From positions 896,001 through 960,000 of the forward strand of contig OY820905.2 in assembly GCA_963555755.3 (NCBI GenBank): a stretch of DNA of 64,000 nucleotides, in the 5' to 3' direction. Below, piece by piece: positions 30,040-40,387 of the stretch. The notes under the pieces are model-generated. The model was not told the DNA's origin and did no database searches. It saw only the letters and a program-made list of their open reading frames with translations. Both the position numbers and the translations under genes were made by a program. This DNA is from Nitrospirales bacterium. Its GTDB lineage: Bacteria; Nitrospirota; Nitrospiria; Nitrospirales; UBA8639. The stretch's first letter is position 1; every line of letters begins with the position of its first letter.

Positions 30040-31125
30040 ATGAAACGCTTCAAACACACATTCAAATCAATCATCACGATACTGGCCGTTGTGCCATTTA
30101 GCCTCATTGGCGCTTTAGTGATGGGAGCCGTTGCTTCGAACCCAATAGAGCCGGAAGCAAAAACTATGGTCACCGCACCTGTCAGTTACCCAACGCTTCA
30201 CAAAACCATCGAAGTGGATGGGCTCGATATTTTCTACCGTGAGGCGGGCCCGACCAATGCGCCAACCATTCTGTTGCTCCATGGATTCCCAACATCTTCG
30301 CACATGTTTCGAAATTTGATTCCGGCGTTGTCGGATCGATTTCATATCATCGCCCCGGACTATCCGGGATTCGGCAACAGCTCCATGCCAATGGTCGATG
30401 AGTTTGACTACACGTTCGATAACCTAGCCAAAGTCATGGAGGCTTTCATTCAAAAGGTTGGGCTGAAAACGTACAGTCTGTACTTGATGGATTATGGGGC
30501 GCCAGTGGGATTCCGTCTTGCCGTGAACCATCCGGAACGAGTCCAGGCACTCGTCATCCAGAATGGCAACGCCTACGTCGAAGGAATCGACAACAATTTC
30601 TGGGAGCCGATCAGGGAGTACTGGAAAGATCGCAAAGCCATCAATAAGGGCCTCGACAACGAATGGTGGAAGAACGTCAAGGCGGCATACAACCAGCCAA
30701 ACATGTCAAATGAGGACGCGCTCCGCTTCCTGGTAACATTGGGCGCGACCCAATGGCAGTATACCAACGGGGTTCGTAACAAGGAGATGATCAGCCCCGA
30801 CAACTGGCACGTCACCCAAAGACTGTTGGATCGACCCGGAAATGAAGCGATTCAACTTCAGTTGTTCTATAGCTATGGTTCGAACCCGCCACTGTACCCA
30901 AAGTGGCAAGCATACCTGAGGGAATACCAACCCCCCACGTTAATCGTGTGGGGACAAAACGTTCAGATTTTCCCAGCCGAGGGTGCGCACCCGTACAAGC
31001 GAGACTTAAAGAATCTTGAATTTCACTTGCTCAACACCGGACACTTCGCCCTTGAAGAAGACGGCGACGTCATCGCCAAACATATCCGCCGTTTTTTGGA
31101 TAAGCGGATGGCCCTAACTCATTAA
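30040..31125 (+). CDS. exported alpha/beta hydrolase (epoxide hydrolase/dehalogenase-like)
   Basis: LLHGFP, PDYPGFG, MDYG nucleophile Asp, TGHFALE; N-terminal signal. Confidence 0.9.
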   Translation: MKRFKHTFKSIITILAVVPFSLIGALVMGAVASNPIEPEAKTMVTAPVSYPTLHKTIEVDGLDIFYREAGPTNAPTILLLHGFPTSSHMFRNLIPALSDRFHIIAPDYPGFGNSSMPMVDEFDYTFDNLAKVMEAFIQKVGLKTYSLYLMDYGAPVGFRLAVNHPERVQALVIQNGNAYVEGIDNNFWEPIREYWKDRKAINKGLDNEWWKNVKAAYNQPNMSNEDALRFLVTLGATQWQYTNGVRNKEMISPDNWHVTQRLLDRPGNEAIQLQLFYSYGSNPPLYPKWQAYLREYQPPTLIVWGQNVQIFPAEGAHPYKRDLKNLEFHLLNTGHFALEEDGDVIAKHIRRFLDKRMALTH

Positions 31126-31215
31126 TCCGCCCACCACATATTATGAACTGGAAACCAAATTAAATAATGGAACATAGCAAGAAACCTTCACCTTTCTAAA
31201 AATAAGGAGATACCA

Positions 31216-31788
31216 ATGCACACGCTTGAACACCATGCCTCAAAGGATTTGATTCCCGTTTTATTTACTCAAGACGACTGGGCTTTCACTTTCCACAAAA
31301 TATACGAACAGGCCATCACACAGTTTGAAAGTGGACTGCGTGGGATCGATCATGTTGTTGATTCTTCAACCAGCCCATTTCTGGCATCAATTGGGATGAG
31401 CCAACAAGAGCTCTATGATTTCGTCGAGGACGGGGTTTTCGCGGGTGAGCCTACCTTCGAAGAAGTGCTCCGAATAACTCACCTGCGGAGGCACTACTTT
31501 CTGACGGTTCAAAAGGTCCAACCCTCAACACGAAGGCTTTCCACGGACGATTTTCCCCCTGGTCAGGCCACATTGGGAGGCTATCGATGGCTCCCCCGAA
31601 TCCTGGCAAAAGCTAACGCCAAACTCCGAGGGGAACTGCCATCCGATCTGATGTATAGCTGCGGTAACGATCGCGCGTTTTTACAACCGCTCGGTATCAT
31701 GCCCTTTGAGTTTTTAGAAAAGGTTTGGCAGTACGAGGGACATGAGAACCAACTCCTGGAGTATATCAAGCTGAAACAAAAGACATAA
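31216..31788 (+). CDS. DUF5069-like protein
   Basis: LGGYRWLPRILAKANAKLRGELPSDLMYSCGNDRAFL. Confidence 0.7.
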   Translation: MHTLEHHASKDLIPVLFTQDDWAFTFHKIYEQAITQFESGLRGIDHVVDSSTSPFLASIGMSQQELYDFVEDGVFAGEPTFEEVLRITHLRRHYFLTVQKVQPSTRRLSTDDFPPGQATLGGYRWLPRILAKANAKLRGELPSDLMYSCGNDRAFLQPLGIMPFEFLEKVWQYEGHENQLLEYIKLKQKT

Positions 31789-31837
31789 GGAAGAACATGT
31801 TGAGTGTGAAAAACCATTTCAAGAAGGAACGGACATC

Positions 31838-32461
31838 ATGAAAAGACCAATCAGCGACGTCGCCTTTACCCAATCTGTGAAAGCGATGCAGGAACGAATG
31901 GGTTCCCGAAAACAATACGAACGCATGGAGGACCGCGGAGGTTGGGCAGATACCATCACTCCAGAACTAGCCGACTTCATCGCCGAGCGTGATTCATTCT
32001 ACTTGTCAACCGCCACTACCGACGGCCAACCATATATCCAGCACCGTGGCGGCCCGAAAGGCTTTCTCAAAGTGCTCGATGACCACACGTTGGCCTTCGC
32101 CGACTTCGCAGGGAATCGACAGTACATCACCGCCGGCAACCTCGCCGAGAACAATAAAGCGTTCATCTTTTTGATGGATTACGCCAACCGCCAACGGATC
32201 AAAATTTGGGGCACGGCGGAAGTGTTAAAAAACGATCCAACACTCTTGAATACATGGAATGATCCCAACTACAAAGGCCAACCCGAACGGGTGATCCGCT
32301 TCCACGTGGAAGCCTGGGACGTCAATTGTCCACAACACATCAAACCGAGATACGATGAAGAGGAAGTGTCAGAGATGTTGCAGAAATTGAATGCTCGTAT
32401 TGCAGAACTTGAAGCTGTGAATGATACCTTAACAAATAAGATTTTGGCTGAAACCATATAG
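31838..32461 (+). CDS. pyridoxamine 5'-phosphate oxidase-family FMN-binding protein
   Basis: GQPYIQHRGGPKGFLKVLD, ADFAGNRQY, WDVNCPQHI. Confidence 0.9.
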   Translation: MKRPISDVAFTQSVKAMQERMGSRKQYERMEDRGGWADTITPELADFIAERDSFYLSTATTDGQPYIQHRGGPKGFLKVLDDHTLAFADFAGNRQYITAGNLAENNKAFIFLMDYANRQRIKIWGTAEVLKNDPTLLNTWNDPNYKGQPERVIRFHVEAWDVNCPQHIKPRYDEEEVSEMLQKLNARIAELEAVNDTLTNKILAETI

Positions 32462-32486
32462 CCCTAAATGTCGTAGAGTTTTGTTA

Positions 32487-32626
32487 GGGCACCTCTAAAA
32501 ACCGTCCTTTTCCGTGATGGCGGCGTCAGCCGCGTGCTCACATCCTCATGTATTCGCCCATACACTCCGGTTTTCCGCGCGCGGCTTCCTTGCCCTCACA
32601 AAAAATGCCGGGTTTTTAGAGGTACC
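32487..32626. mobile_element. Family D MITE
   Basis: Near-identical to 7300-7440. Confidence 0.9.
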
Positions 32627-32695
32627 AGTTAGTTATTGCCATTGCAAAAGGAGACATAATTTTGTACACTTCGTGTATTAACAAAAGAGGGCCTC

Positions 32696-32962
32696 ATGAA
32701 CAAAACCATTCCTTTAAAAGAAGCTCGCCAAAATTTTTCCACATTAGTCGATCGCGTAGATCGGCTCTCTGAACGATTTGTGGTCACAAAAAATGGTACT
32801 CCCAGAGCAGTTTTGATGAGTGCGGAAGAATTTGAGAGTTGGGTTGAAACGCTTGAAATCATGTCCAACCCGAAAACGGTCAAAGCCCTAAACCAAGGAA
32901 TAAAAGAAGCCAAAGCGAAAAAACTTTCCTCCTTTAAGGACGTGTTTGGCGAAGGGCAGTGA
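32696..32962 (+). CDS. Phd/YefM-family antitoxin
   Basis: IPLKEARQNFSTLVDRV...VTKNG.P.AVLMS.EEFES..ETL. Confidence 0.92.
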   Translation: MNKTIPLKEARQNFSTLVDRVDRLSERFVVTKNGTPRAVLMSAEEFESWVETLEIMSNPKTVKALNQGIKEAKAKKLSSFKDVFGEGQ

Positions 32963-33213
32963 AAAAAATTCGCCTCACACCTCAGGCTCAAAAAGACCTT
33001 AAAACATTCGAGCCAAACACCATCACAAAAATCAAAGAAGCCCTCCGTCACCTGGCCCATTACCCGATCGACGGCAAGCCCCTCAAAGGAAAGTACAAAA
33101 AAGAAAAGGTACGGTCTTACCGGATCTGGCCCTACCGAATTCTGTACCGTCTTGTCGGCGCTGAATGGCTCGATGTGTTGGCCATTGAACACCGGAAAGA
33201 CGTGTATCGCTAA
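32959..33213 (+). CDS. RelE/ParE-family toxin
   Basis: AQKDLK...GKPLKG...RIWPYRILY...IEHRKDVYR; GTGA overlap. Confidence 0.9.
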   Translation: MKKIRLTPQAQKDLKTFEPNTITKIKEALRHLAHYPIDGKPLKGKYKKEKVRSYRIWPYRILYRLVGAEWLDVLAIEHRKDVYR

Positions 33214-33427
33214 CTCTACTTCCGAATCCCCCCCCTCCAAGCATGAAAGTACTCGATGACCGCACACTGGCCTTTGCTGACTTCGTAGGCAATCGACAAT
33301 GTATCACCGCCGGCAACTTCGCCGAGAACGATAAAGCGTTTATCTTTTTGATGGATTGCCCGAATCGCCAGCGGACCAAAATCTGAGGCAGAGCGGAAGT
33401 CGTGGAAAATGAACCGGAATTATTAAA

Positions 33428-33568
33428 GGGCACCTCTAAAAACCAGGCATTTTTTGTGAGGGCAAGGAAGCCGCGCGTGGAAAACCGGAGTGTATGGGCG
33501 AATACATGAGGATGTGAGCACGCGGCTGACGCCGCCATCACGGAAAAGGACGGTTTTTAGAGGTGCCC
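33428..33568. mobile_element. Family D MITE
   Basis: Same TIRs and core as 6144-6284. Confidence 0.9.
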
Positions 33569-33680
33569 TAAATCTAGATATTCCCCCTAGCTCTGCTACG
33601 CGGGTATCATTATAGAAAATGCGATCAACTTTCATCTGAATGCCCCGCTGCTTGCGGCGAGGATCTTTATTGAAATAAAC

Positions 33681-34251
33681 CTAGAAACAGCAGTTGGATC
33701 ACATCTCAGGGCCCGTCACGAAATAACCGGGACAATTGGCCGAGACGATTTTGGAGCGAGCCAAGGAGCGAAGAGCGCGCATACCGGGAGTATGGAAGCG
33801 ATGAGCGACGCCGGCGCAGCCCAAAAGCGTCCGGCCCTCCGGGGAGGCCCATCTTTGGCCCGGGGCAGCGTTGCTCCTCGGTCACAGAGCCCCGCTAGGC
33901 TCCCTCGTCGCGCCTTGCCCCAATCACAAATCTGGGCCTCCCAATTGTCCCGGTTATTTCGTGACGGACCCTAAGCGCACCTGGCAAAAGAAAAAATGTC
34001 TCATCACCACTAAGGGTTCGTGCAACAATAACTTTCCCTGTTTGGGTGCTGAGACACCTGTCTGGCAAGGCGCGAGGACTGCGCATACTCCTCGTATGGA
34101 AAGGACGAGCAACGCCGCCAGACGGGATGGATCGACGCCCAAACAGGGAAAGTTATTGTTGCACGAGCCCTAAGGTGACCACGACTTTTTGTATTTCACC
34201 ATGCACACCAATATCTTACACGTCTTTTTTGCGTCCAACTGCCGTTTCTAG
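33681..34251. mobile_element. Family F element carrying nested family H (33709-33971) and family E (34014-34170, TAA duplication)
   Basis: F ends ctagaaac / gtttctag; H arms gggcccgtcacgaaataaccgggacaattgg. Confidence 0.85.
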
Positions 34252-34617
34252 GTTAAACATCCGAGCTACAAAGGTAGACCCGAACGCGTTATTCGATTCC
34301 AGCAAAAGGCTGGAATGTCAATTATCCACAACACATCAAACCGAGATACCATGAAGAGGATGTGGCTCAGGTTGTTCAGAAGTTTAAAAATCGCATTGCT
34401 GAACTTGAAACAGAAAACGAAGCGCTATGCAGAGAGGCTCAAGGTGTTTCCCTTCCAGGGGTCAAATGAGGTCAGACCGGGTTGGTCCCGGTCTGACCGA
34501 CATCGTGAAAGGTATACAACTCAGGAAGGCGGTGCGCCGTGAGACTGAGGGTGTCCGTCATATGGCTCTCTACCCGCATTCGCAGAGGATCCCGGGCTTT
34601 CCATTTTTTTCAATTTT

Positions 34618-35883
34618 CTAATGCCGTACGGCAATGCCGTGGGGATCGGCTGTTTCTTTTCCCTTCTTCATATTAGAAACTTTAACTATGCCGGCGATTT
34701 CTCCGTTCCGACCGCCATGGGTCACCTTTATCACCATAATCCCCGGTGTTGATCCCTTCGCGTTGTTCACTCCCTTATTATTTCCAGTCAACGGGTGAAT
34801 TCCTCGCATATTCGTGAATACGTAGCTATTGTCGAGAGACACCCCAATGAGATCAGGGGCAGGGTCCTGACTATGAGAGCCTACGAGGTTGATCAATCCC
34901 ACACTCAAATTTGTCACCGTATCAATTATTTCAATTTTGTTTCCTGCACGGTCCACGACCCACAGATATTCCCCAACCCCCACCATACCGTGGGAGTCTG
35001 CAAACATGGTATCCCGTGTACTGACCAATTTGGCGGATACTGATCCTGGCAGTCCACTCATATTGATTGCGTACACGTCATACGCTAGCGGAGCCACTGG
35101 CCACCCACCTCCTGAATTAACGTACATGGTATCGCCAACTTGAGTGCCTCCACAGCCCCCGGGATTTATTTGTCTGTTGGTTAATGAGGCAACCACTTTC
35201 ATGGGAGTTTCTTTGACATTCACTACCAAGAGCCCACCACCACGCAATGTGACAAAGGCATAAGTACTGGTGCTTTCAGTAATTGGACAGATGGGGGCGT
35301 TGTCTGGACGCTCGCCTGTTTGCATTGCTTTGAGGTTTAACACGTCATGTTGCTTGTCAAAACCAAATTTTTTCGAAGAATAATCCGTCCAAATCCGTAC
35401 AAAGGTTTTCTCCTTGATATTTGCGGCAATAGCCATTTTCTGATCAGGGGTCGGCCAGGCCGCGTGCACGTTCTTCCCTACCGAGATACATCCTATCGGT
35501 GTTTTGGAAGCAGTATCCATAAACAGCACCTGCCCTGTCAGGAAGGAAATGACGGCATAGTGTTGGTCTTTGGTAAAAAAGACCATGTGAGGGCGTCGAA
35601 CCGCTTTTCCCGTTTCCTTCTTGCAAAAGGCATTGATCGCGCCGCTCAAGTCAATTTTATGGGTGGGCTGGGATTGTCCTACGTTGCTGGCTAATTGGGC
35701 TCCATCGAAGACGTAAAGATACCCACCACTTTTTTCCGCGGTATCCGATTGGTCTGTCAGCCAGACCTCATAGGCGTGTACTGGGGAGAAGCATAGAGTC
35801 ATGCCTAGAAAGATGAAGAGAAGATGAAGGTGCAAATTTTTTAATCCACGATTCGAGCTAACAAGTTTTACGCTGTTTTTCAT
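34618..35883 (-). CDS. secreted beta-propeller (YncE-like) protein
   Basis: GGAGG RBS; signal peptide (VHA|YE); blade motifs RPHM, NVHAA, DSHG, DPHG. Confidence 0.7.
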   Translation of the reverse strand: MKNSVKLVSSNRGLKNLHLHLLFIFLGMTLCFSPVHAYEVWLTDQSDTAEKSGGYLYVFDGAQLASNVGQSQPTHKIDLSGAINAFCKKETGKAVRRPHMVFFTKDQHYAVISFLTGQVLFMDTASKTPIGCISVGKNVHAAWPTPDQKMAIAANIKEKTFVRIWTDYSSKKFGFDKQHDVLNLKAMQTGERPDNAPICPITESTSTYAFVTLRGGGLLVVNVKETPMKVVASLTNRQINPGGCGGTQVGDTMYVNSGGGWPVAPLAYDVYAINMSGLPGSVSAKLVSTRDTMFADSHGMVGVGEYLWVVDRAGNKIEIIDTVTNLSVGLINLVGSHSQDPAPDLIGVSLDNSYVFTNMRGIHPLTGNNKGVNNAKGSTPGIMVIKVTHGGRNGEIAGIVKVSNMKKGKETADPHGIAVRH

Positions 35884-36054
35884 ACTGACCTCCTTATTAT
35901 TTATCTCTCCTCAAACTGCACTCAGCAGGTTTGCAGTTGAGTTCACCCTGGGTTAACCTTATCAAGCAAGACCTCAACACTACAATGGGGTCTCAGCCAT
36001 AACCTTCTTGCCAATTGTGCGCCCCTTCACGGTGTTGGTCAAACCAGGGCCTCC

Positions 36055-36579
36055 TCAGTTGGGAGCTAATCGTTGGCAGAACACCTCCACAGTTTTTTTA
36101 AAAAGAAATAAGGCCGTATCTTGTGGTGAAGCTGCGACAGCATGTTCTGCGGCATCCTGAATTTCTGAAACGGTCACGACAAATTTATTAGCAACAAATT
36201 CAGCATCGCCTAAATCTTGGTCAGTCCCCCGCCGCAGTTTGGCAATGACAAAATCCCCCGGTCCTAAGAGGCGCAAAGTTAGGCCTGGCTCCTGATGAAA
36301 AACAGTTGTCCTCTCCCGGTATCCAGGGGGCATCGCCACGACGGACCAACCTGACATATTTTCTCCAAGATCTGCTGGCACATGCCGTTTTTGGAGAAAC
36401 GTCACAAGAGGATTTAACTCACCGACCAATTCCCCATCGACATCTATCGTCACCCGATCAGTAAATCCATACGCCTGAAGGGCCAGTCCGCCCACGAGAA
36501 TGAGGTCAACAGGGGCTCCAGTTTCCTGAACGTATTGAGTTAACTCTTGGATGATCTGATTAACTGTGAGGGGCGACAA
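36055..36579 (-). CDS. DUF6036/AbiEii-like nucleotidyltransferase
   Basis: LVGGLAL...R.T.DVD, AKLRRG..QD..D; GGAGG before TTG start. Confidence 0.8.
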   Translation of the reverse strand: MSPLTVNQIIQELTQYVQETGAPVDLILVGGLALQAYGFTDRVTIDVDGELVGELNPLVTFLQKRHVPADLGENMSGWSVVAMPPGYRERTTVFHQEPGLTLRLLGPGDFVIAKLRRGTDQDLGDAEFVANKFVVTVSEIQDAAEHAVAASPQDTALFLFKKTVEVFCQRLAPN

Positions 36580-36898
36580 AACGAAGAGCCTCCGCAAACG
36601 TCCGATATTCTCGAAAGTCAATGGGACCGGCATCATGGGGGAGAGGAGTTCGAGAGAGCATGGCGTTCAGAACACTGCGGTAAGTGGTATACCACCGACA
36701 GGCTTTGGAATAGGCTTCTTGCACTTCAGGTCGATCTTTCCACACCGTGAGATCCAATTGCTCGTTGACTAGAATTTCTAGCCACAGCAATCGAGCAGCC
36801 CTAGGGACTTGAAGCGCTTCCTCAATGGTTTCCACGCCGGCATACGCGGAAAGCAGTGTCAATTTCGATGATGAGACGCGATCTGTTTGATTGTTCAT
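36560..36898 (-). CDS. unknown helical protein, putative partner/antitoxin of the nucleotidyltransferase
   Basis: Overlaps the downstream gene; TTGCTT-N17-TACACT-N6-ATG promoter. Confidence 0.7.
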   Translation of the reverse strand: MNNQTDRVSSSKLTLLSAYAGVETIEEALQVPRAARLLWLEILVNEQLDLTVWKDRPEVQEAYSKACRWYTTYRSVLNAMLSRTPLPHDAGPIDFREYRTFAEALRFVAPHS

Positions 36899-36957
36899 AA
36901 GGAAAGTGTAGGGAATCCTCGCCATCGAAGCAAGGCAACGATTGTTCAAAGATTGAC

Positions 36958-37977
36958 CTATATTCTTCTCGCTAAATACAATTCCACGGTTTTCCGAATG
37001 CCGGTCTCGAACTCATGGGTTGGCTGCCAACCCAATTCATTCTGAATTTTTCGTGAATCGATGGCGTAACGCCAGTCATGGCCTGGTCGATCGGTGACGA
37101 AACTGATCAACTGCAAAAACTTCTCTTCTTTTTTCGCTGTCAAGTCAGCCACCGTTCGACACAGTATTTTTGCAATCTCAAGGTTACTCCAGTTATTCGT
37201 GCCCCCAATATTGTAGGTCTCCCCGATTCTCCCGTTTTCAATAACCTTCCAGACCCCGACACAATGATCTTCGACATACAGCCAATCGCGCACATTCGAT
37301 CCATCCCCGTACACGGGAATCGGTTGGCCATTGAGACACGAACGTATCACGGTAGGAATAAATTTCTCTTGGTGTTGATACGGGCCGTAATTGTTTGAAC
37401 AGTTGGTCGTCGTCGTGGGCAATTGATAGGTATGTTGATAGGCACGCACTAAATGATCAGCGGCCGCTTTACTTGCGGAATACGGTGAGTTCGGCGCATA
37501 GGGTGTGGTCTCAGTAAACGGTGGATCATCAGGCCCCAGCGTTCCATAGACCTCGTCGGTTGAAATGTGATGAAATCGACAACGAGCGTCATCCCAACGT
37601 TTTTCGTCTAACCAAAACTTACGCGCTTCCTCTAATAAGGTAAATGTTCCCTGGACGTTGGTTTGAATAAAAACTCCAGGACCAGCAATCGCCCGATCCA
37701 CATGCGATTCCGCGGCAAAATGAACCATCGTGTCAATTTCGTATTTCCGCAAAAGCGACTGCACCAAATCCTGATCACAAATATCCCCTTGCACAAAGAC
37801 ATGCCGATCAGAATCCCAGACGTCTTCAAGATTGTTCCGCGACCCGGCGTAGGTTAAGGCATCGAGATTGATGACGTTCACCGATGAATCGGCTTGTAAC
37901 GCATAGCGAACGAAGTGGGAGCCGATGAATCCAGCTCCTCCCGTGACTAAGATGGAGTGTGGAGTAAACCGGGACAT
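36958..37977 (-). CDS. rmlB: dTDP-glucose 4,6-dehydratase
   Basis: VTGGAGFIG, FAAESHVDR, STDEVYG, YSASK, RPGHD.RY. Confidence 0.95.
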   Translation of the reverse strand: MSRFTPHSILVTGGAGFIGSHFVRYALQADSSVNVINLDALTYAGSRNNLEDVWDSDRHVFVQGDICDQDLVQSLLRKYEIDTMVHFAAESHVDRAIAGPGVFIQTNVQGTFTLLEEARKFWLDEKRWDDARCRFHHISTDEVYGTLGPDDPPFTETTPYAPNSPYSASKAAADHLVRAYQHTYQLPTTTTNCSNNYGPYQHQEKFIPTVIRSCLNGQPIPVYGDGSNVRDWLYVEDHCVGVWKVIENGRIGETYNIGGTNNWSNLEIAKILCRTVADLTAKKEEKFLQLISFVTDRPGHDWRYAIDSRKIQNELGWQPTHEFETGIRKTVELYLARRI

Positions 37978-38852
37978 GCCAAAAGCTCCTTGAGGCATTG
38001 CTGCATACTGTCTTGCCATTGAGGCGTCTGGAGACCAAAAGATTGTTGAATTTTTGAACAATCAAGAACGGAATAGGCGGGCCGCTTAGCCAAGGTGGGA
38101 TAGTCCTCAGTACGAATAGGGATAACGCCTTCAACCCGGAATGTCGAAATTTCTTGAGCCTCCTTGATAATGGCTTGCGCAAATCCATACCAGGTGGTTT
38201 CGCCGGCTCCACAGAAATGATAGGTCCCCCACGGAATCTCTTTGTCATCGCGGATCTTTTGCACGATGACAACCAAAGCTGAGGCGACGTCTTTCGCCCA
38301 CGTGGGGCACCCCCATTGATCATTGACAATTCGCAATGCCTGAGTCTCCTTGGCTTTTGTCAAAATCGTCTTCAAAAAGTTTCGCCCATAGAGGCTATAC
38401 AACCACGCAGTACGAATTATGACATGTTGAGGGTGGCATTGCCTGATCAACTCTTCTCCCTCCCACTTGCTTTGTCCGTACACGCCAAGGGGCAAAGCTC
38501 GATCGTCTTCTCGATACGGGCGAGGGCTTTTCCCATCAAACACAAAGTCGGTTGAGAGGTGTATGAAAGAAATGCCAAGACGATGGGCATTTTCACCAAG
38601 GCATTTCACCCCATCCCGATTCGTCGCAAAGGCCTGCTCAGGATCGGATTCGGCGTGGTCAACGGCCGTATACGCGGCAGCATTGATGATCACCGACGGT
38701 TGATCATGAAGAAGGACTTCCCGAATCGTGTCGGGTTTGCACAAATCGATTTCAGGACGACCTTTGCACACCACATCAAACCCGGCTGTACGGAAGCATC
38801 CGTATAACTCCTGAGCAAGCATGCCCTGTTTGCCGATGACGAGGATCTTCAC
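37947..38852 (-). CDS. rmlD: dTDP-4-dehydrorhamnose reductase
   Basis: AAAYTAVD.AE, STDFVFDG, YG.SK, RPAYS.LD. Confidence 0.95.
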   Translation of the reverse strand: MKILVIGKQGMLAQELYGCFRTAGFDVVCKGRPEIDLCKPDTIREVLLHDQPSVIINAAAYTAVDHAESDPEQAFATNRDGVKCLGENAHRLGISFIHLSTDFVFDGKSPRPYREDDRALPLGVYGQSKWEGEELIRQCHPQHVIIRTAWLYSLYGRNFLKTILTKAKETQALRIVNDQWGCPTWAKDVASALVVIVQKIRDDKEIPWGTYHFCGAGETTWYGFAQAIIKEAQEISTFRVEGVIPIRTEDYPTLAKRPAYSVLDCSKIQQSFGLQTPQWQDSMQQCLKELLACPGLLHTPS

Positions 38853-39412
38853 AAAGAAACTTCAAACAGCGGGAGATTGGTTTTGGAGACATCGCTGAGA
38901 CTTGGCAAGGCTTGATCTTTTTCCGAAACCGTGGGATCAGATATTGGCCATGCAATATGTACCGTCTCATCATCCCATCGAATGCCGTATTCATCGTTGG
39001 GTTCATAAAAGTCCGTACACAAATACTGCACATCGGCGATTTCGGACAGCACACCATAGCCGTGAGCAAAACCTGGAGGGGTGTACAGTTGCCAATGGTT
39101 ATCCTCTGACAACACTTCGCCAATCCATTGTCCAAAGGTTGGTGAACCCACCCGAAGATCCACCACCACATCGAAGATTTGGCCCCTGGTCACCCAGATC
39201 AATTTTCCTTGCGGGTGCTTCAGTTGATAATGCAACCCGCGCACCACACCGTGTTGTGACTGAGCAAAATTTGACTGAACAAACGGACCGGGAATATCAG
39301 CTTTTTGATAGCGGTTCGCCTGCCATGTTTCGATAAACATCCCACGTGCATCACCAAACACCCGTGGCTCAATACGCATCACTCCAGGCAACGCGGTTTC
39401 AACAATCTTCAT
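38849..39412 (-). CDS. rmlC: dTDP-4-dehydrorhamnose 3,5-epimerase
   Basis: D.RG.F.E, RGLHYQ, PGFAHG. Confidence 0.95.
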   Translation of the reverse strand: MKIVETALPGVMRIEPRVFGDARGMFIETWQANRYQKADIPGPFVQSNFAQSQHGVVRGLHYQLKHPQGKLIWVTRGQIFDVVVDLRVGSPTFGQWIGEVLSEDNHWQLYTPPGFAHGYGVLSEIADVQYLCTDFYEPNDEYGIRWDDETVHIAWPISDPTVSEKDQALPSLSDVSKTNLPLFEVSL

Positions 39413-40293
39413 GGCCCCTCAGCACCTTTCGAAGGTATCAGGCGCCACACATATTCACCATAACTATTCCGTCCTATGTCATGCGCTAATCGATTCAGCT
39501 GCTCGGCATCAATGAAGCCCATGCGATACGCCACCTCTTCAACACAGGCAATTTTCAGTCCCTGCCGACTCTCTATCACTTCGATAAAATTTGCCGCCTC
39601 AAGCAACGACTCTGGCGTCCCCATATCCAACCAGGCCACACCGCGGCCCCAGAGTATCACCCGCAATAGACCCTGCTCTAAATATGTTCGGTTGACATCC
39701 GTAATTTCCAACTCTCCTCTCGCCGAAGGTTGTAACCCCGCCGCGATATCGACCACGTGATTATCATAAAAATACAAACCGGTCACCGCATAATTGGACT
39801 TAGGGTGAAGTGGCTTTTCCTCTAACCCAACGGCTCGACCTTCGGCATCCAATTCCACGGTCCCATACCGTTCAGGATCTTTCACCAAATATCCAAACAC
39901 CGTGGCGCCTTCTTTTTCTTGCGCTTCTTGTTGGAGGATTGATGATAAGCCATGACCATAGAAAATGTTGTCGCCCAAGATGAGTGAGACACTATCCTGC
40001 CCAATGAACTCTTTACCGATGATAAACGCCTGCGCCAACCCTTCCGGATGGGGCTGTTCAGCATACGAAAGGTCCAAGCCCCACTGCTGGCCATCTTTCA
40101 ACAACTGACGAAACAACGGCAAATGTTCGGGGGTACCAATAATCAAAATTTCGCGAATACCCGCAAGCATCAAGGTCGAAAGCGGGTAATAGATCATCGG
40201 CTTGTCATACACCGGCAAGATCTGTTTACTGATTGCGCTAGTGAGCGGATAGAGACGACTCCCAGACCCACCAGCGAGAATAATGCCTTTCAT
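39409..40293 (-). CDS. rmlA: glucose-1-phosphate thymidylyltransferase
   Basis: [33 protein letters not shown]. Confidence 0.97.
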   Translation of the reverse strand: MKGIILAGGSGSRLYPLTSAISKQILPVYDKPMIYYPLSTLMLAGIREILIIGTPEHLPLFRQLLKDGQQWGLDLSYAEQPHPEGLAQAFIIGKEFIGQDSVSLILGDNIFYGHGLSSILQQEAQEKEGATVFGYLVKDPERYGTVELDAEGRAVGLEEKPLHPKSNYAVTGLYFYDNHVVDIAAGLQPSARGELEITDVNRTYLEQGLLRVILWGRGVAWLDMGTPESLLEAANFIEVIESRQGLKIACVEEVAYRMGFIDAEQLNRLAHDIGRNSYGEYVWRLIPSKGAEGP

Positions 40294-40387
40294 TTTTCTA
40301 TTCTCCGCCTACAGCCTCCGGATGGCAACAAGTGTAGATCTACCCATCGGATGGGTTTTGATTCTATGAAAGGGGTCATCACCATCT

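Larger units (their letters stand above)
33246..34430 (+). pseudogene. decayed duplicate of the 3' two-thirds of the PNPOx-family gene, split by a MITE stack
   Basis: 33246-33427 KVLDDRTLAFADFVGNRQ...KI*GRAEVV; 34255-34430 HPSYKGRPERVIRF...HIKPRY...RIAELE. Confidence 0.88.

Noticed and set aside
6144..33568. Dispersed repeats as a CRISPR array
   Set aside because: There is no regular repeat-spacer periodicity and no cas genes
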